DNA of 64,000 nucleotides. Origin: an uncultured Gemmataceae bacterium. GTDB taxonomy: Bacteria; Planctomycetota; Planctomycetia; Gemmatales; Gemmataceae. The DNA is taken from assembly GCA_963750165.1 (NCBI GenBank), contig CAVVPN010000001.1, positions 320,001 to 384,000 of the forward strand, in the 5' to 3' direction. The notes below the pieces were generated by a model. The model was not told the origin of the DNA and ran no database searches. It saw nothing but the letters and a program-made list of their open reading frames with translations. Shown piece after piece: positions 9,840 to 20,172 of this stretch (position 1 is the stretch's first letter; each line of letters opens with the position of its first letter). Made by a program: the position numbers and the translations under genes.

Positions 9840-12395
9840 TCACGGCGCCCGCAGCCGGTCCAGCGACGCCTGCGCCTCGCGCGTCGGCCGCGCTCCCGGC
9901 GCCCCCGCCGCCAGCGCTTCCAACAGCGCCACCGCCGCCGGGCTGCCGACCTGCTCCAGCACCTCCACCGCCCGCACCGCCCGCACCCGTTCCGGGTTGG
10001 TCAACGGCCCGTCCAGTCGCTCCAGCAGCAGCAGCACGCGCTTCTTCGACTCCGCGCTCAGCGGCTTCTGCAGCGCCGCTCGCAGCGCCACCTCTGCCCG
10101 GTCGCCCAGCCCTTCCAGGCCGCGCATCGCCCGGTCGCGCGTGCCGAACTGCGGACTATCCAGCTCCTTCAGCCATGTCGCCACCTGCTTCGGGTCCGCC
10201 GCTTTCACCGGCGCCAACCGCGCTTTCAGGAACACCACCGTCTCGTCGCCGCGCCGCGCCAGCTCCGCCAACGCCAGCGCCGCCCGCACGCCGTCCGGCT
10301 GGCCCAGTGCCTGCCAGCACTCCTCCGCCGTCAGCGCCGGCGTCTTCGTCAGGCCGCCGCGCGGCAGCGCCGTCATTGACCACACCAGGGCCGTGCCGTC
10401 CATGCTCGACGACAGCAACTTCGTACCGTCCGCCGAGAACGCCAGCGCCGACACGCCGCCCTCGTGGGCCGTCCAGCTGTAGCGCCGCGGCCCCTTCAAC
10501 TCCGTGACGTGGATGCCGCCCGTGCTGTCGCTCGCCGCCAGCCAGCGGCCGTCCGGCGACAGCACCACGGTGCGGAAGTCGCCACGCGGCCCCAGCCGCT
10601 GCGGCGGCTTCTCCGTCCCCAGTCGGAACAACTGCGGGCAGTCGTCCGCCGCCACCACCGCCAGCCGCTGGCCGTCGCGCGCGAACGCCAGCGCCAGCGG
10701 CTGCGACACGGGAATCGCCTGCCGCAGCGTCCGCGTCGTCAACTCCCAGACCACCGCAAAGCGGTGGTTCAGCCCCACCGCCGCCAGGCTGCGGCCGTCC
10801 GGCGCGAAACACGGTTGCAGGTTGACCATCGTCATCGGCATTTCCAGCGAATAGCTCCGCTTGCCCGTGGTCGCGTCCCAGACTTCCAGCAGATTCTCGC
10901 CGTCGCCCAGCACGACCGCCAGGCTGGCGCCGTCCGGGGAAAAGGCTACCCGCCCCACCACGTTGCGCTCCAACTTCGCCGCCCAGACTTCCTTGCCGGT
11001 CGTCGTGTCCAGGAGGGTGAGCCCCTTGTACTCCGCCGCCCAGGTGACCAGGCGCCGCCCGTCCGGGCTCAGCACGGGCGTGCGGTTGGTGCCGCGCAGC
11101 ATGGGGAACGTCAGCGCCCGCTGCTCCTTGCCGGTGCTCACGTCCCAGAAGTGCAGCACACCGTTGGCGTCGGCGCACGCCGCAGTTCGGCCGAGCGGAT
11201 CCAGGAAGGCCGCCGACAGCAGCGCGTGGTGGCTGCGAACCTGCACCTTCGGCTTGCCGGTCTGGGCGTCGAGCAGCACCATGCTGTTGGCCTCGGCGAG
11301 GGCCACCGTCCCGCCCGCCGGATCCAGGGCGGCAATGTGATAGCCATCCTCCCGGCTGCCCGTTACCTTCAACTGCTTGCCGGTCACAGCGTCCCAGGTA
11401 AACACCCGCCCCCGCGTGGTGACGCCGAGGAGCGTCTTGCCGTTGGGCCCATAGCGCAGCCGGGCCAACGTCTCGTCCTCCAGTTCAATCGGGGTGAAGC
11501 CGCTCAACTCGGCATCCGTGGCGGTCTCGAACAACTTGACCTGGTTGCCGCAGGCGACGGCCACCGCCTTTGCGTCCGGGGCCAGCGCCACGGCGGCGAC
11601 GCGGTTGTAACCAGGGTGAAGGTTACGGCCCATCAGATACCAGCGCAGCCGCTTGCCTTTCGCGCAGTCCCACAGCCAGACGTTGCCGGCGCCGAAGCCG
11701 ACCATCAGCAGTTTGCCGTCCGGGCTGAAGGCGAGCGCGTCGGCCTGCAAGTCGTCCGAAGGCGTGGCGAGGCGGCCGCGCTCCTTGCCAGTGGCGATGT
11801 CGATCAGCACGACCTTGCCCGGAAACAGGGCCACGGCCAGCGTTTTGCCGTCCGGCGCGAACACGGCGGACAGGGCTCGGCCGTCCTTGATGTCCCACAA
11901 CGGCCGCGTCTGACCGGTGGCGAGGTTCCACCACTGACAGCACGGGTTGGTGCCAATCAGCACAGCGTTCCCGTCGGGTGCGAACGCCACCGGGACGTAC
12001 CGTGGGAGCATGCGCTGTTCGCGGTACATGGCAATGTTAATGCCGCCGCGCTCGAACCGGCCCGGCGGCGGTGGCGGTGGCGGCGGGGGCGGCACGCTGT
12101 ACTTCGCAGAGCCCGTCCCCTGATGCAGCCCCACCTGGCGGCGCAGCTTGCCGGTGGCCACGTCCCAGACGCGGACGAACGTCCCTTCGCCGACGCCGCT
12201 GATGAGCGTCTTGCCGTCGGGGCTGAAGGTGAGCGACTCGATGAAGCCGGGGTGCCACAGCCGCAAGGTGCCGAAGCGGGCGACGGCGCCGGGCGGCAGC
12301 GGATCGCCGGCCTGGTCGAGGCGCACCTTCGGCGCCTGGGCAGCAGCGGGGAACGGGCTGAGCAGCAGGGCGAGCAGCAGCAGACGGGGAATCAT
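9840..12395 (-). CDS. Secreted WD40-repeat protein
   Basis: Signal peptide MIPRLLLLALLL, DPLPPGAVARFG, many FSPDG/VWD repeats, C-terminal RAVEVLEQVG helical tail. Confidence 0.9.
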   Translation of the reverse strand: MIPRLLLLALLLSPFPAAAQAPKVRLDQAGDPLPPGAVARFGTLRLWHPGFIESLTFSPDGKTLISGVGEGTFVRVWDVATGKLRRQVGLHQGTGSAKYSVPPPPPPPPPPGRFERGGINIAMYREQRMLPRYVPVAFAPDGNAVLIGTNPCCQWWNLATGQTRPLWDIKDGRALSAVFAPDGKTLAVALFPGKVVLIDIATGKERGRLATPSDDLQADALAFSPDGKLLMVGFGAGNVWLWDCAKGKRLRWYLMGRNLHPGYNRVAAVALAPDAKAVAVACGNQVKLFETATDAELSGFTPIELEDETLARLRYGPNGKTLLGVTTRGRVFTWDAVTGKQLKVTGSREDGYHIAALDPAGGTVALAEANSMVLLDAQTGKPKVQVRSHHALLSAAFLDPLGRTAACADANGVLHFWDVSTGKEQRALTFPMLRGTNRTPVLSPDGRRLVTWAAEYKGLTLLDTTTGKEVWAAKLERNVVGRVAFSPDGASLAVVLGDGENLLEVWDATTGKRSYSLEMPMTMVNLQPCFAPDGRSLAAVGLNHRFAVVWELTTRTLRQAIPVSQPLALAFARDGQRLAVVAADDCPQLFRLGTEKPPQRLGPRGDFRTVVLSPDGRWLAASDSTGGIHVTELKGPRRYSWTAHEGGVSALAFSADGTKLLSSSMDGTALVWSMTALPRGGLTKTPALTAEECWQALGQPDGVRAALALAELARRGDETVVFLKARLAPVKAADPKQVATWLKELDSPQFGTRDRAMRGLEGLGDRAEVALRAALQKPLSAESKKRVLLLLERLDGPLTNPERVRAVRAVEVLEQVGSPAAVALLEALAAGAPGARPTREAQASLDRLRAP

Positions 12396-12537
12396 GAAGT
12401 GCCTCCGTGGCGATGGTCGCGGCCCTTCCCGGCCGTGAGGCGGCGTGGGCTTGACCCCACTTCCGTTGACAACCATTTCAGACTACCCAGCGGGGAGAGC
12501 ATGGGCAATGAGAAATGACGATTTGTCATTCGTGGTG

Positions 12538-12600
12538 GGTCGGAGCCCGAGCGCCAGCGCGGGGCCTGCTTTGCCCCGCGCTGGCGCTCGGGCTCCGACC
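12538..12600. repeat. REP palindrome GGTCGGAGCCCGAGCGCCAGCGCGGGG...CCCCGCGCTGGCGCTCGGGCTCCGACC
   Basis: Inverted repeat; near-identical copies at 22298-22360 and 26053-26111. Confidence 0.85.
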
Positions 12601-12660
12601 AGAGCGGCGCGCCGTTTGCAACATAACCTTCCTCACTGGTAGCAATTGGAGGAAAGCGTC

Positions 12661-13143
12661 ATGGCGCCGCCGACATTTGGTAAAGGCCATTTCCCCTGGC
12701 TGGAACGGTTTTCGCTCTGGGCGACGCACGCCACGGGCAGCACGCCGGCGTTCACGCTGGCGGCGCTCGCCATTCTGGTCTGGGGCGTCACCGGGCCCCT
12801 CTTCGGCTACTCCGACACCTGGCAGCTGGTCATCAACACCGGCACCACGATCGTCACTTTTTTGATGGTGTTCCTGATCCAGCGCACACAGAACAAGGAC
12901 GCGCTGGCGACGCAGCTCAAGTTGAACGAAATCCTGGCGGCGCTCAAGGGAGCGAGTAACCGGCTCATCAACGTGGAGGATTTGAGCGAGGAGGAGGTGC
13001 GCAAGCTGCACGAGCGCTACCAGCGCCTGACCGAGCGGGCGCGGGCCAACGGCGACGTGAGCGGCAAGCACACCATCGAGGAGGAAGCGCCGGCCGACCG
13101 CAAGGAGCCGACATCGACCGACAAGGCGTTGCAAGAAGTGTGA
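12661..13143 (+). CDS. Low-affinity iron permease family protein
   Basis: GPLFGYSDTWQLVINTGTTIVTFLMVFLIQRTQNKD...KLNEI. Confidence 0.9.
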   Translation: MAPPTFGKGHFPWLERFSLWATHATGSTPAFTLAALAILVWGVTGPLFGYSDTWQLVINTGTTIVTFLMVFLIQRTQNKDALATQLKLNEILAALKGASNRLINVEDLSEEEVRKLHERYQRLTERARANGDVSGKHTIEEEAPADRKEPTSTDKALQEV

Positions 13144-13243
13144 GGGACGATTGCGCTCGACCCGTGGTCGGGACGGAGTGCGCCGGCACGGCGCGATGTT
13201 GCTGCATGGGTTCCACCTGCGAAGACGAGAAGGAAAGCGTTTA

Positions 13244-13320
13244 GGAGGCGCCGAACAACAACTTCCAAGAGTAGGACGGCTCTCCAGAGCCGTCCTACGA
13301 AGTTGTTGTTCGGCGCCTCC
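13244..13320. mobile_element. Putative MITE (77 bp) with 22-bp terminal inverted repeats and TTA target duplication
   Basis: TTA|GGAGGCGCCGAACAACAACTTC...GAAGTTGTTGTTCGGCGCCTCC|TTA, with internal GTAGGACGGCTCT...AGAGCCGTCCTAC hairpin. Confidence 0.7.
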
Positions 13321-13371
13321 TTAGAGCAGTTTGCCGTCGCAAGGACCACGAACGGCAGGCCAGCGCTGCCA

Positions 13372-13590
13372 GGCGCCGCATCTCGACGTGTGAAAAAGTT
13401 GGCGTTCTTGGCGTCCTTGGCGTTCTTGCTGTGGCAACCACCGCCGGTGGTGGTCGCGCCGTGCCAGCCGCACGGGGCCAGGGCGCCGCATCTCGACGTA
13501 TGAAAAAGTTGGCCCCCTTGGCCCCCTTGGCCCCCTTGCTGTGGCAGTGCAGGCCGCTGGTGGTCAAGCCGTGCCCGCCGCCCCACCCGT
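13372..13590. repeat. Two tandem ~110-bp units with core ATCTCGACGTRTGAAAAAG-(TTGGCNNNC)x3-TTGCTGTG
   Basis: Units start at 13372 and 13482; third copy at 50188-50249. Confidence 0.8.
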
Positions 13591-13613
13591 GCGCGCTCCG
13601 CCTGCGAACCGCG

Positions 13614-14888
13614 CTAGTCCGCTTTCCTCTCCACCGTCCGTTGTTGCAACAGCGCCGGGGCCGACGCCCGGCCGTGGTCGTGGCCGCGGTACAGCCCAAA
13701 ATCGTTGAACCAGTGCCGCTTGGCCAGGCGGTACAGCCAGTTTTTCTCGGGAATCTCGTTGCCGGGGCCGTACTGTGACGTGCGCACCGTCATCGCCGCC
13801 AGTTCCTCCAGCGCCGTGCCGCGCGCTGTCGCATCCCGGGCGCCATGCTTCTCGACCAGTTGCTTCAGCAGGTCGGGGCGCTCCAGCACAATGCAGCCGC
13901 GCGTCGTTTGCTGGGCCAGTTCGCGGAACTCGCGCAGGAACGCCGAGCCCAGGAATTTTTCGCGCAGCGGCCGCGGGTCGCTGGCGGTGGCGTGGATCGA
14001 CTCGGTCGTGAACTGCACGATGGGGCACGGCTCGATGTCGCCCCAGGGGTTGATGTGGTGCGACAGACCGTTCGCCGCCGGGCACAGCGCCCGTCCCTCG
14101 CCATCAAAGTACGCATCGACGATGATGATCGGTTTCTTCGCCCGCATCTCGACCACGAAGCGCCGTGCCCGCAGCTGCTGCTCGGCGCTCAGGCACAGGT
14201 CCGGGCAGGCGTCCGGCCCCATCGGCCGGTAGACGTGGAACCACGTGTACAAGACGCCCATGTCGATCAGGCGGTCGATCCATGCTTCGGTGAGCAGATC
14301 GTCGATGTTGGTCTGGCACAGGCTGGTGCAGACGCCCGTGAAGACGCGGTGCTTGAGGCAGTGGCGCAGCCCTTGCAGCGTTCGGTTGAGCACGTCGGGC
14401 CGGCCGCGGCGTTCGTCGCTGACGGTGGCGGTGCCCTCGACGCTGATGAGCGGTGTCACGTTGCCGAGCCGCCGCATGCGCACCGCCCGCTCCTCGGTGA
14501 TAAACTGGCCGTTGGTGAAGATTTGAAAGTAACAGTCCGGGTGCTTCGCGAGCATGTCGAGCAGGTGCGGGTGCATGAACGGCTCGCCGCCGACGATGCC
14601 GAAGAAGACGTTGCCCATCGCCTGCGCCTCGCGCACCAGTTTGTGGAACGCCTCGGGCTGGATGATCTCCTGCTTGGCGGCCACGTCCACCCAGCAGCCC
14701 TGGCAGCGCAGGTTGCAACTGTTAATGATCGAGACGTACAGAAACGGCGGGAAAAATTCGCCGCGCTTGAGGCGACGCTTGTGCGCCTGCACCGACAGCA
14801 TACCGCGCAGGCCCATGTTCCAGGCGAGCTTCCAGAGGGAGCGCTTGTCGGTTTCGAGCAGAAAGCGTTTGGCCAGTTGCAGCAGCAT
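13614..14888 (-). CDS. Radical SAM / SPASM-twitch domain protein
   Basis: CNLRCQGC, GGEPF, FTNG, CPAA...HINPWGDIEPCP. Confidence 0.9.
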   Translation of the reverse strand: MLLQLAKRFLLETDKRSLWKLAWNMGLRGMLSVQAHKRRLKRGEFFPPFLYVSIINSCNLRCQGCWVDVAAKQEIIQPEAFHKLVREAQAMGNVFFGIVGGEPFMHPHLLDMLAKHPDCYFQIFTNGQFITEERAVRMRRLGNVTPLISVEGTATVSDERRGRPDVLNRTLQGLRHCLKHRVFTGVCTSLCQTNIDDLLTEAWIDRLIDMGVLYTWFHVYRPMGPDACPDLCLSAEQQLRARRFVVEMRAKKPIIIVDAYFDGEGRALCPAANGLSHHINPWGDIEPCPIVQFTTESIHATASDPRPLREKFLGSAFLREFRELAQQTTRGCIVLERPDLLKQLVEKHGARDATARGTALEELAAMTVRTSQYGPGNEIPEKNWLYRLAKRHWFNDFGLYRGHDHGRASAPALLQQRTVERKAD

Positions 14889-15047
14889 GGCGGTGCCTCG
14901 GTGGGTGCGGCCCGGGTGTCTTCTCGGGCGCTGTTAGTGTACGAGAGGGCGGCCGTGGAAACGACAGGCAATCCGCCATTTCACCTGCGCCCGCGACTCC
15001 GGTAGAATGCCCGTGGAAAAGCCCTTGCCGACGGAGGTGATAGCGCC

Positions 15048-15481
15048 ATGAACCCGACCGTTTCCCCCGAAACCGCCACCCCACCCGCGGGCGATGAGGC
15101 GACTCAACGCTGGGAGGTGCCTGACTGGGCCGTGCCGGACCTGAGCAAACTGACAACCACGGCGGCGAGGAAACCCACAAGCACCGCCAATACGCCCGCT
15201 CCGGCGTCCCGTTCCACGTCATTTTCGACCCCCGCGACCTGCTGGGGCACGGCGTCCTTCGCGGCTACGGGAATTCGCGCGGCCAATTTGAACCGACGGA
15301 CGCGACCTGGCTACCCGAGGTCGGATTGGGCCTGACGCTCTGGAAAGGAGCGTTCGAGGGAGCGGTGGAAACCTGGTTGCGCTGGTGCGACCGCGCCGGT
15401 CAGGTCATCCTCACCGGCAAGGAGCGCGCCGAGCGCCTGGCGGCGCAACTGCGCGCCCGGGGCGTTGAGCCGGAAGCGTAA
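15048..15481 (+). pseudogene. Uma2 (DUF820) endonuclease-like gene with internal deletion and frameshift
   Basis: N-terminus ...VPDLSKLT joins out of frame at ~15152 to GGEETHKHRQYARSGVPFHVIFDP...GLGLTLWKGAFEG..WLRWCD...AERLAAQLRARGVEPEA*. The PD..VIEIVS core is missing. Confidence 0.7.
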
Positions 15482-15486
15482 CGGCC

Positions 15487-16372
15487 TCAGCGCAGCGGCA
15501 GCGGCCGGTCAGCGCCGGGCGCTGGCTGGGCGGCCTTGTACAGCGGTAGCGCCTCCGGCACCCACTTCGTCAGATCGGCGATGCGGCGACCGTGGCCGGG
15601 GTGCGTGGACGCGAACTCCGGCGTCTTATTGCCGCCGCGAGCGCTCGATGCGCTCCCAGAAGCGCGACGCCTCACGTGGGTCGTAGCCGGCCGCTGCCAT
15701 CAGGTACAGGCCGATCTTGTCCGCCTCGGACTCGTGACTGCGGCTGTACGGCAGCAGCACCCCGAACTTGGCGCCGGCGTTGATGAGTCCCAGCACGCGC
15801 AGCCGTTGTTGATCGGACAGGTCGCTGAGCGAACTGGCTGCTGCCGTCTGGCCCATCTGCACCATTTGCTCCTGGGCCATGCGCTCCGCCCCGTGGTGCG
15901 CCAGCGCGTGGCCGATCTCGTGGCCCATCACCACCGCCAGCCCCGCCTCCGTCTGGCAGACCGGCAGGATGCCCGTGTACACGACCATCTTGCCGCCCGG
16001 CAGGCAGAAGGCGTTCACCTGCTCGCTGCGCACGACGGTCACCTCCCACGAGAAGTTGTTCTTCCGCAGTTTGGTCGCCTTCAGGAAATCGGCCTGGTTG
16101 GTGGCCGCCTCCAGCCGGCTGGTGACGCGCCGCACCGCCTCGACCAGCGGGCCGCCGGCCACCTGCTGGGCGTCCTTGAGCACCTCGGTGTACGCCTGGG
16201 CGCCGAGGCTCGACTCCTGCTCGGGGTTGAGCGCGACGACCTGCTTGCGGCCGAACGGCCCTTCCTGACAGCGCGACACCGCGAAGATGGCGATGAGCAC
16301 CAACCCCACGGCGAGTGGAGCCAGTTTGAGGCCGCCGGACATGCGACTGCCTTGTGCCTGGTCGGTGGACAT
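15487..16372 (-). CDS. M48 family metallopeptidase; apparent frameshift at ~15645
   Basis: NAFCLPGGK, HEIGH, ESEADKIGL. The conserved tail PEFASTHP..RRIADL is in the adjacent frame (15487-15675). Confidence 0.85.
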
Positions 16373-16665
16373 GGGGACTTTCTCCGAGTTGAGGTGGTTC
16401 AGGGTATGCTCATTTTAGCGACCGCACGGCCCAAACGTCCCGTGGCGGGTCAACCCGGGCCGGCGCGTCACGCCGGACACACTGCCCCTGCGGTAAACTC
16501 CGCACGGGCTGCCCTCGTCTTCCTGATTTCGCCAACTTTTCCTTGCAGCAGAGTTGGCGGCTGACCGATTCTCTGGCACATTTCCCCTGGTTGATCCTTT
16601 CCCCCTGGATTCGCCAGAGGCGCTGACCCGTTCCATATCGTGCTGGGATTGCGAGGAGGCCCGAG

Positions 16666-18815
16666 ATGAGGCTCAAGGTTCCCCTGTTGCTTGGCGCGGC
16701 GCTGGCCGGGCTGAGTGCGGCCGCGCTGCCCGCCCAGGCGGCGCACTGTGGCGCCTGCACTTATCCGCTCAGCTGCCAGAGCCCCGATCAATTGTGCCCG
16801 CCCCCGGTGCGCTACCGGGTCTGCTATCAAACCGTCACCGAGGACCACACCTGCGTCAAGTACCGCCCCGTCGTCTGCACGGTGATGAAGGAGTGCCCCT
16901 ACACCGTTTGCAAGCCCGTCTTTGAAACGTGCTACCGCACGCAGCGTTACACCGTTTGCAGACAGGTCTGGGAAAATTACGACGTGGTTCGCAAGTACAC
17001 GGTCTGCAAGCCAGTGTACGACCAGTGCGTCCGCGTGCAGAAATACACCGTCTGCAAGCCCGTGTACCAGGACTACCAGGTGCCGGTGACCTGGACCACC
17101 TATCGACCGGTGTATCAACAACACGTCTGCACCCAGAAGTACACCGTTTGCAAGACGCTCTGCCAGGACTATCAGGTGCCCGTCTACTGGACGACCTACC
17201 GGCCGGTCTACCAGCAGCACGTTTGCACCCAGAAATACACCGTTTGCAAAACACTCTTCCAGGACTATCAGGTGCCGGTGACCTGGACGACGTGCCATCC
17301 GGTGTATCAGCAGCACGTCTGCGCCAGAAATACACCGTCTGCAAAACACTCTTCCAGGACTACCAGGTGCCCGTTTACTGGAACACCTGTCACCCCGTTT
17401 ACCAGAAACATGTTCGCGTCCAGAAGTACACCGTCTGCAAGACGCTCTTCCAGGACTATCAGGTGCCCGTCTACTGGACGACCTACCGGCCGGTCTATGA
17501 GCAGCACGTTCGCACTTGCAAATACACCGTCTGCAAAACGCTCTGCCAGGACTATCAGGTGCCGGTGACCTGGACGACGTACCGACCAGTGTACGAGCAG
17601 CACTGCCAGCAGGTGCCGCAGACGTGTTACCGTACCGTTGTGGAACCGCGGCAGCGGGTGTGCGTCAGCTACACCTATGAGCCGGTCTTCACCACGCGCT
17701 GCTACAAGGTATGCACCGGCTGCTGGCAGACGGAGCGAACGTACGTCCCCGGCCCGGTCGTGACCCGCTGCTGCCAGCTGCCGGGCACGTGTAGCTTTGA
17801 CTTCTGCACCTGCACTTGCAAATACTGCCCCGGCCCCACGGTAACCTATCAGGTGCAGTGCCCCGGTCAGTGGGTCTGCCGCCAAATCTGGGTGCCGCGC
17901 GAGGAGGTCCGCACCCAGCAGTGCTGCCATTACGTCCGCAAGGAGCACTGCCGGACGGAAACCTATCATGTGTGCCGCACGGTGCCCTACACCGTCATGC
18001 GTCAAGTCCCGTACACCACCTGCAAGATGGTGCCGCAGCAGCACTGCAAAATGGTCACCTGCCACCGTTACTTCACCGTCCCCGAGGAGAAGGTGCAGTA
18101 TATCCCGTACACCACCTGCAAGATGGTGCCGCAGCAGCACTGCAAGATGGTGACGTGCCGCCGCTACTATAACGTCCCCGAGGAGAAGGTGCAGTGCATC
18201 CCGTACACCACCTGCCACATGGTGACGCAGAAGCATTGCAAGATGGTGACCTGCCGCCGCTACTACAACGTCCCCGAGGAAAAGGTGCGGTACATCCCCT
18301 ATACGACCTGCCGCATCGTGACGCAGCAGCATTGCAAGATGATCCCGTGCCGCCGCTATTACACGGTGCCGGAGGAAAAGGTGCGGTGCATCCCATACAC
18401 GACGTGCAAGATGGTGCCCGAGCAGCACTGCAAGATGGTCACCTGCCGTCGCTACTATAACGTCCCGGAGGAGCGGGTACGCTACATCCCGTACACGACG
18501 TGCAAGATGGTGGCGGAGCAGCACTGCAAGATGGTGCCGCAGCGGCGCTGCTACCTGGTGCCGGAGGAGCGCTGCGTCCAGATTCCGTACACAGTCTGTC
18601 GCATGGTGCCGGAGGAGCGCTGCGAGGTCATCAAGTGCAGCCGCTGCAAACTGGTGCCGGAGGAGCACTGCTGCCAGGTGCCGTACACGGTCTGCCGCAT
18701 GGTCACGGAACAGTGCGTTCGGATGGTGCCGCACACCACCTGCACGCTGCAGCCGTACTGCGCAACCTTCAAGGTCACGCGCTGCGTGCCGATCTGTGTG
18801 CCGGTCTGCGATTAG
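16666..18815 (+). CDS. Secreted Cys-rich YTV-repeat protein (planctomycete envelope type); apparent 1-bp deletion at ~17323
   Basis: Signal peptide; YTVCKPV and YTTCKMV repeats with 32-aa (96-bp) periodicity. Restoring one C in tgcgcc(c)agaaatac fuses ORFs 16666-17568 and 16929-18815. Confidence 0.85.
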
Positions 18816-18925
18816 TCAATAGTCAATAGTCATTAGTCATTAGTTCGCAGGGTTGGAGCGCTGGGATAAATGCCCAGCGCTCCAACCCTGCGAACTAATG
18901 ACTAATGACTATTGACTATTGACTA
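18813..18925. repeat. Large palindrome with heptamer (TAGTCAW)x4 arms; probable bidirectional terminator
   Basis: Perfect inverted arms of about 53 bp between convergent genes. Confidence 0.85.
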
Positions 18926-18927
18926 TG

Positions 18928-19803
18928 TTAGAATTGCCAGGAGCACGTGAACAGGCCGCTTCGGGAAGCACTGAGCGACATCCAGCAGTTACTGCTGATG
19001 CGGTAATGGACGCCTGGCACCAGCTCCCAGGAGGTGGCGCGGCCGTCGGGGCGATAGCCCTCGTAGTTGTACTGGGCCAGCGCCTGCATGAACAGGAACA
19101 GCCCCTGGTCCGCGCGGTTATTCAACACGGGCATTGGACACTGCAAGCCAACGCCCCACTTCAGCGTGTTCTCGTTCAGGTCGGTCAGCTGCGGCCGGAG
19201 GTCATGGCCCACGTAGCCCTGCAGCGCTGTGCCGTTGCCCAGATCCTGGAAAATGGACAATCCCGGCGTCAGCACCGTCGGCCCGTTATTCAGGCCATCG
19301 TACTGCTGGCCCGCTGGCGTCACCGCTTGCAGGCCGAGGCAAACACTCGTGCTGCCCCAGTCCGCCAGCTGCATCTGCGAGTACAGCCGGTAAAAACCGA
19401 CGCCCCCCGGATCGGTTGGCCGGCGCAGATCGAACAGGGGGTTGTCGCGACCAATGGCCACCTGAATCCAATCCGGCTCGGACCCCTCCAGTGGGCTGCG
19501 CTTCAGCACTGCGGTGCCGGGGTCGTCCGGCGGGTAATCGTCTTCGTCGGGAATCATGCCGATTGGGTTGCTGATGAAGCCGGGCATCATGCCGAGCATC
19601 TGCACGCGGGCGGTGTTGCTCGGCGGCACGTACCCGGACGGCGGCATCAGGCCCGCCATCCAGTGTTCGCGGCGCAGCAGCGGTTGCCCGCTGTCCAGGG
19701 TATCGAGCGACAACGCCGGAACCTGCGCCGCGGCCGCCGGGCAGACCGCCAGGGCCGTCGTCAGTGCCCAGGACCAGGGCCGAAAGATGAGTCGAAGCAC
19801 CAT
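18928..19803 (-). CDS. Secreted hypothetical protein, possibly outer-membrane beta-barrel-like
   Basis: Signal-like N-terminus, alternating beta-strand patterns, C-terminal ...LFTCSWQF ending in Phe. Confidence 0.6.
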   Translation of the reverse strand: MVLRLIFRPWSWALTTALAVCPAAAAQVPALSLDTLDSGQPLLRREHWMAGLMPPSGYVPPSNTARVQMLGMMPGFISNPIGMIPDEDDYPPDDPGTAVLKRSPLEGSEPDWIQVAIGRDNPLFDLRRPTDPGGVGFYRLYSQMQLADWGSTSVCLGLQAVTPAGQQYDGLNNGPTVLTPGLSIFQDLGNGTALQGYVGHDLRPQLTDLNENTLKWGVGLQCPMPVLNNRADQGLFLFMQALAQYNYEGYRPDGRATSWELVPGVHYRISSNCWMSLSASRSGLFTCSWQF

Positions 19804-20172
19804 GCTTTTCCTGCTTGGTTGGGAGTCCAGGGGTGGGTCCGTGTCGGCCCGCGTGGCAGCGTGGAGCCGAGCGAGGGCGGGCCAGTGGGTTAATAACTTT
19901 CTCATCGGAAAATGCAAGGGCAATCTCCGCCAATAACCCCCAGACTCGCCCAGCCTGGCCTTCGCCCGCCCGCGCAATACGCCGGCCTTGCCCCGTTTAA
20001 CAGGCGCCGCCGGTGCCAGCCCACCCGCCGCCGCCGTCGGGGCCGTAAACCCGGCCGCGGCCTGCTTGTCACGCGGGCGCGGTGCTATTATTCTGAGGGT
20101 GGCACTGAATACGCTGATAACCCTCGGCCCGCCGTCCGGCGCGGCGGCCGCCCCGAGACCCCGTGGGGCCTC

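Noticed and set aside
13372..13590. Tandem 110-bp units as a mini-CRISPR
   Set aside because: Only two units, the intervening parts are similar to each other, and no cas genes are present.
17041..18584. 96-bp periodic repeats as a CRISPR array
   Set aside because: They are in-frame coding repeats with synonymous variation, no unique spacers and no cas genes nearby.
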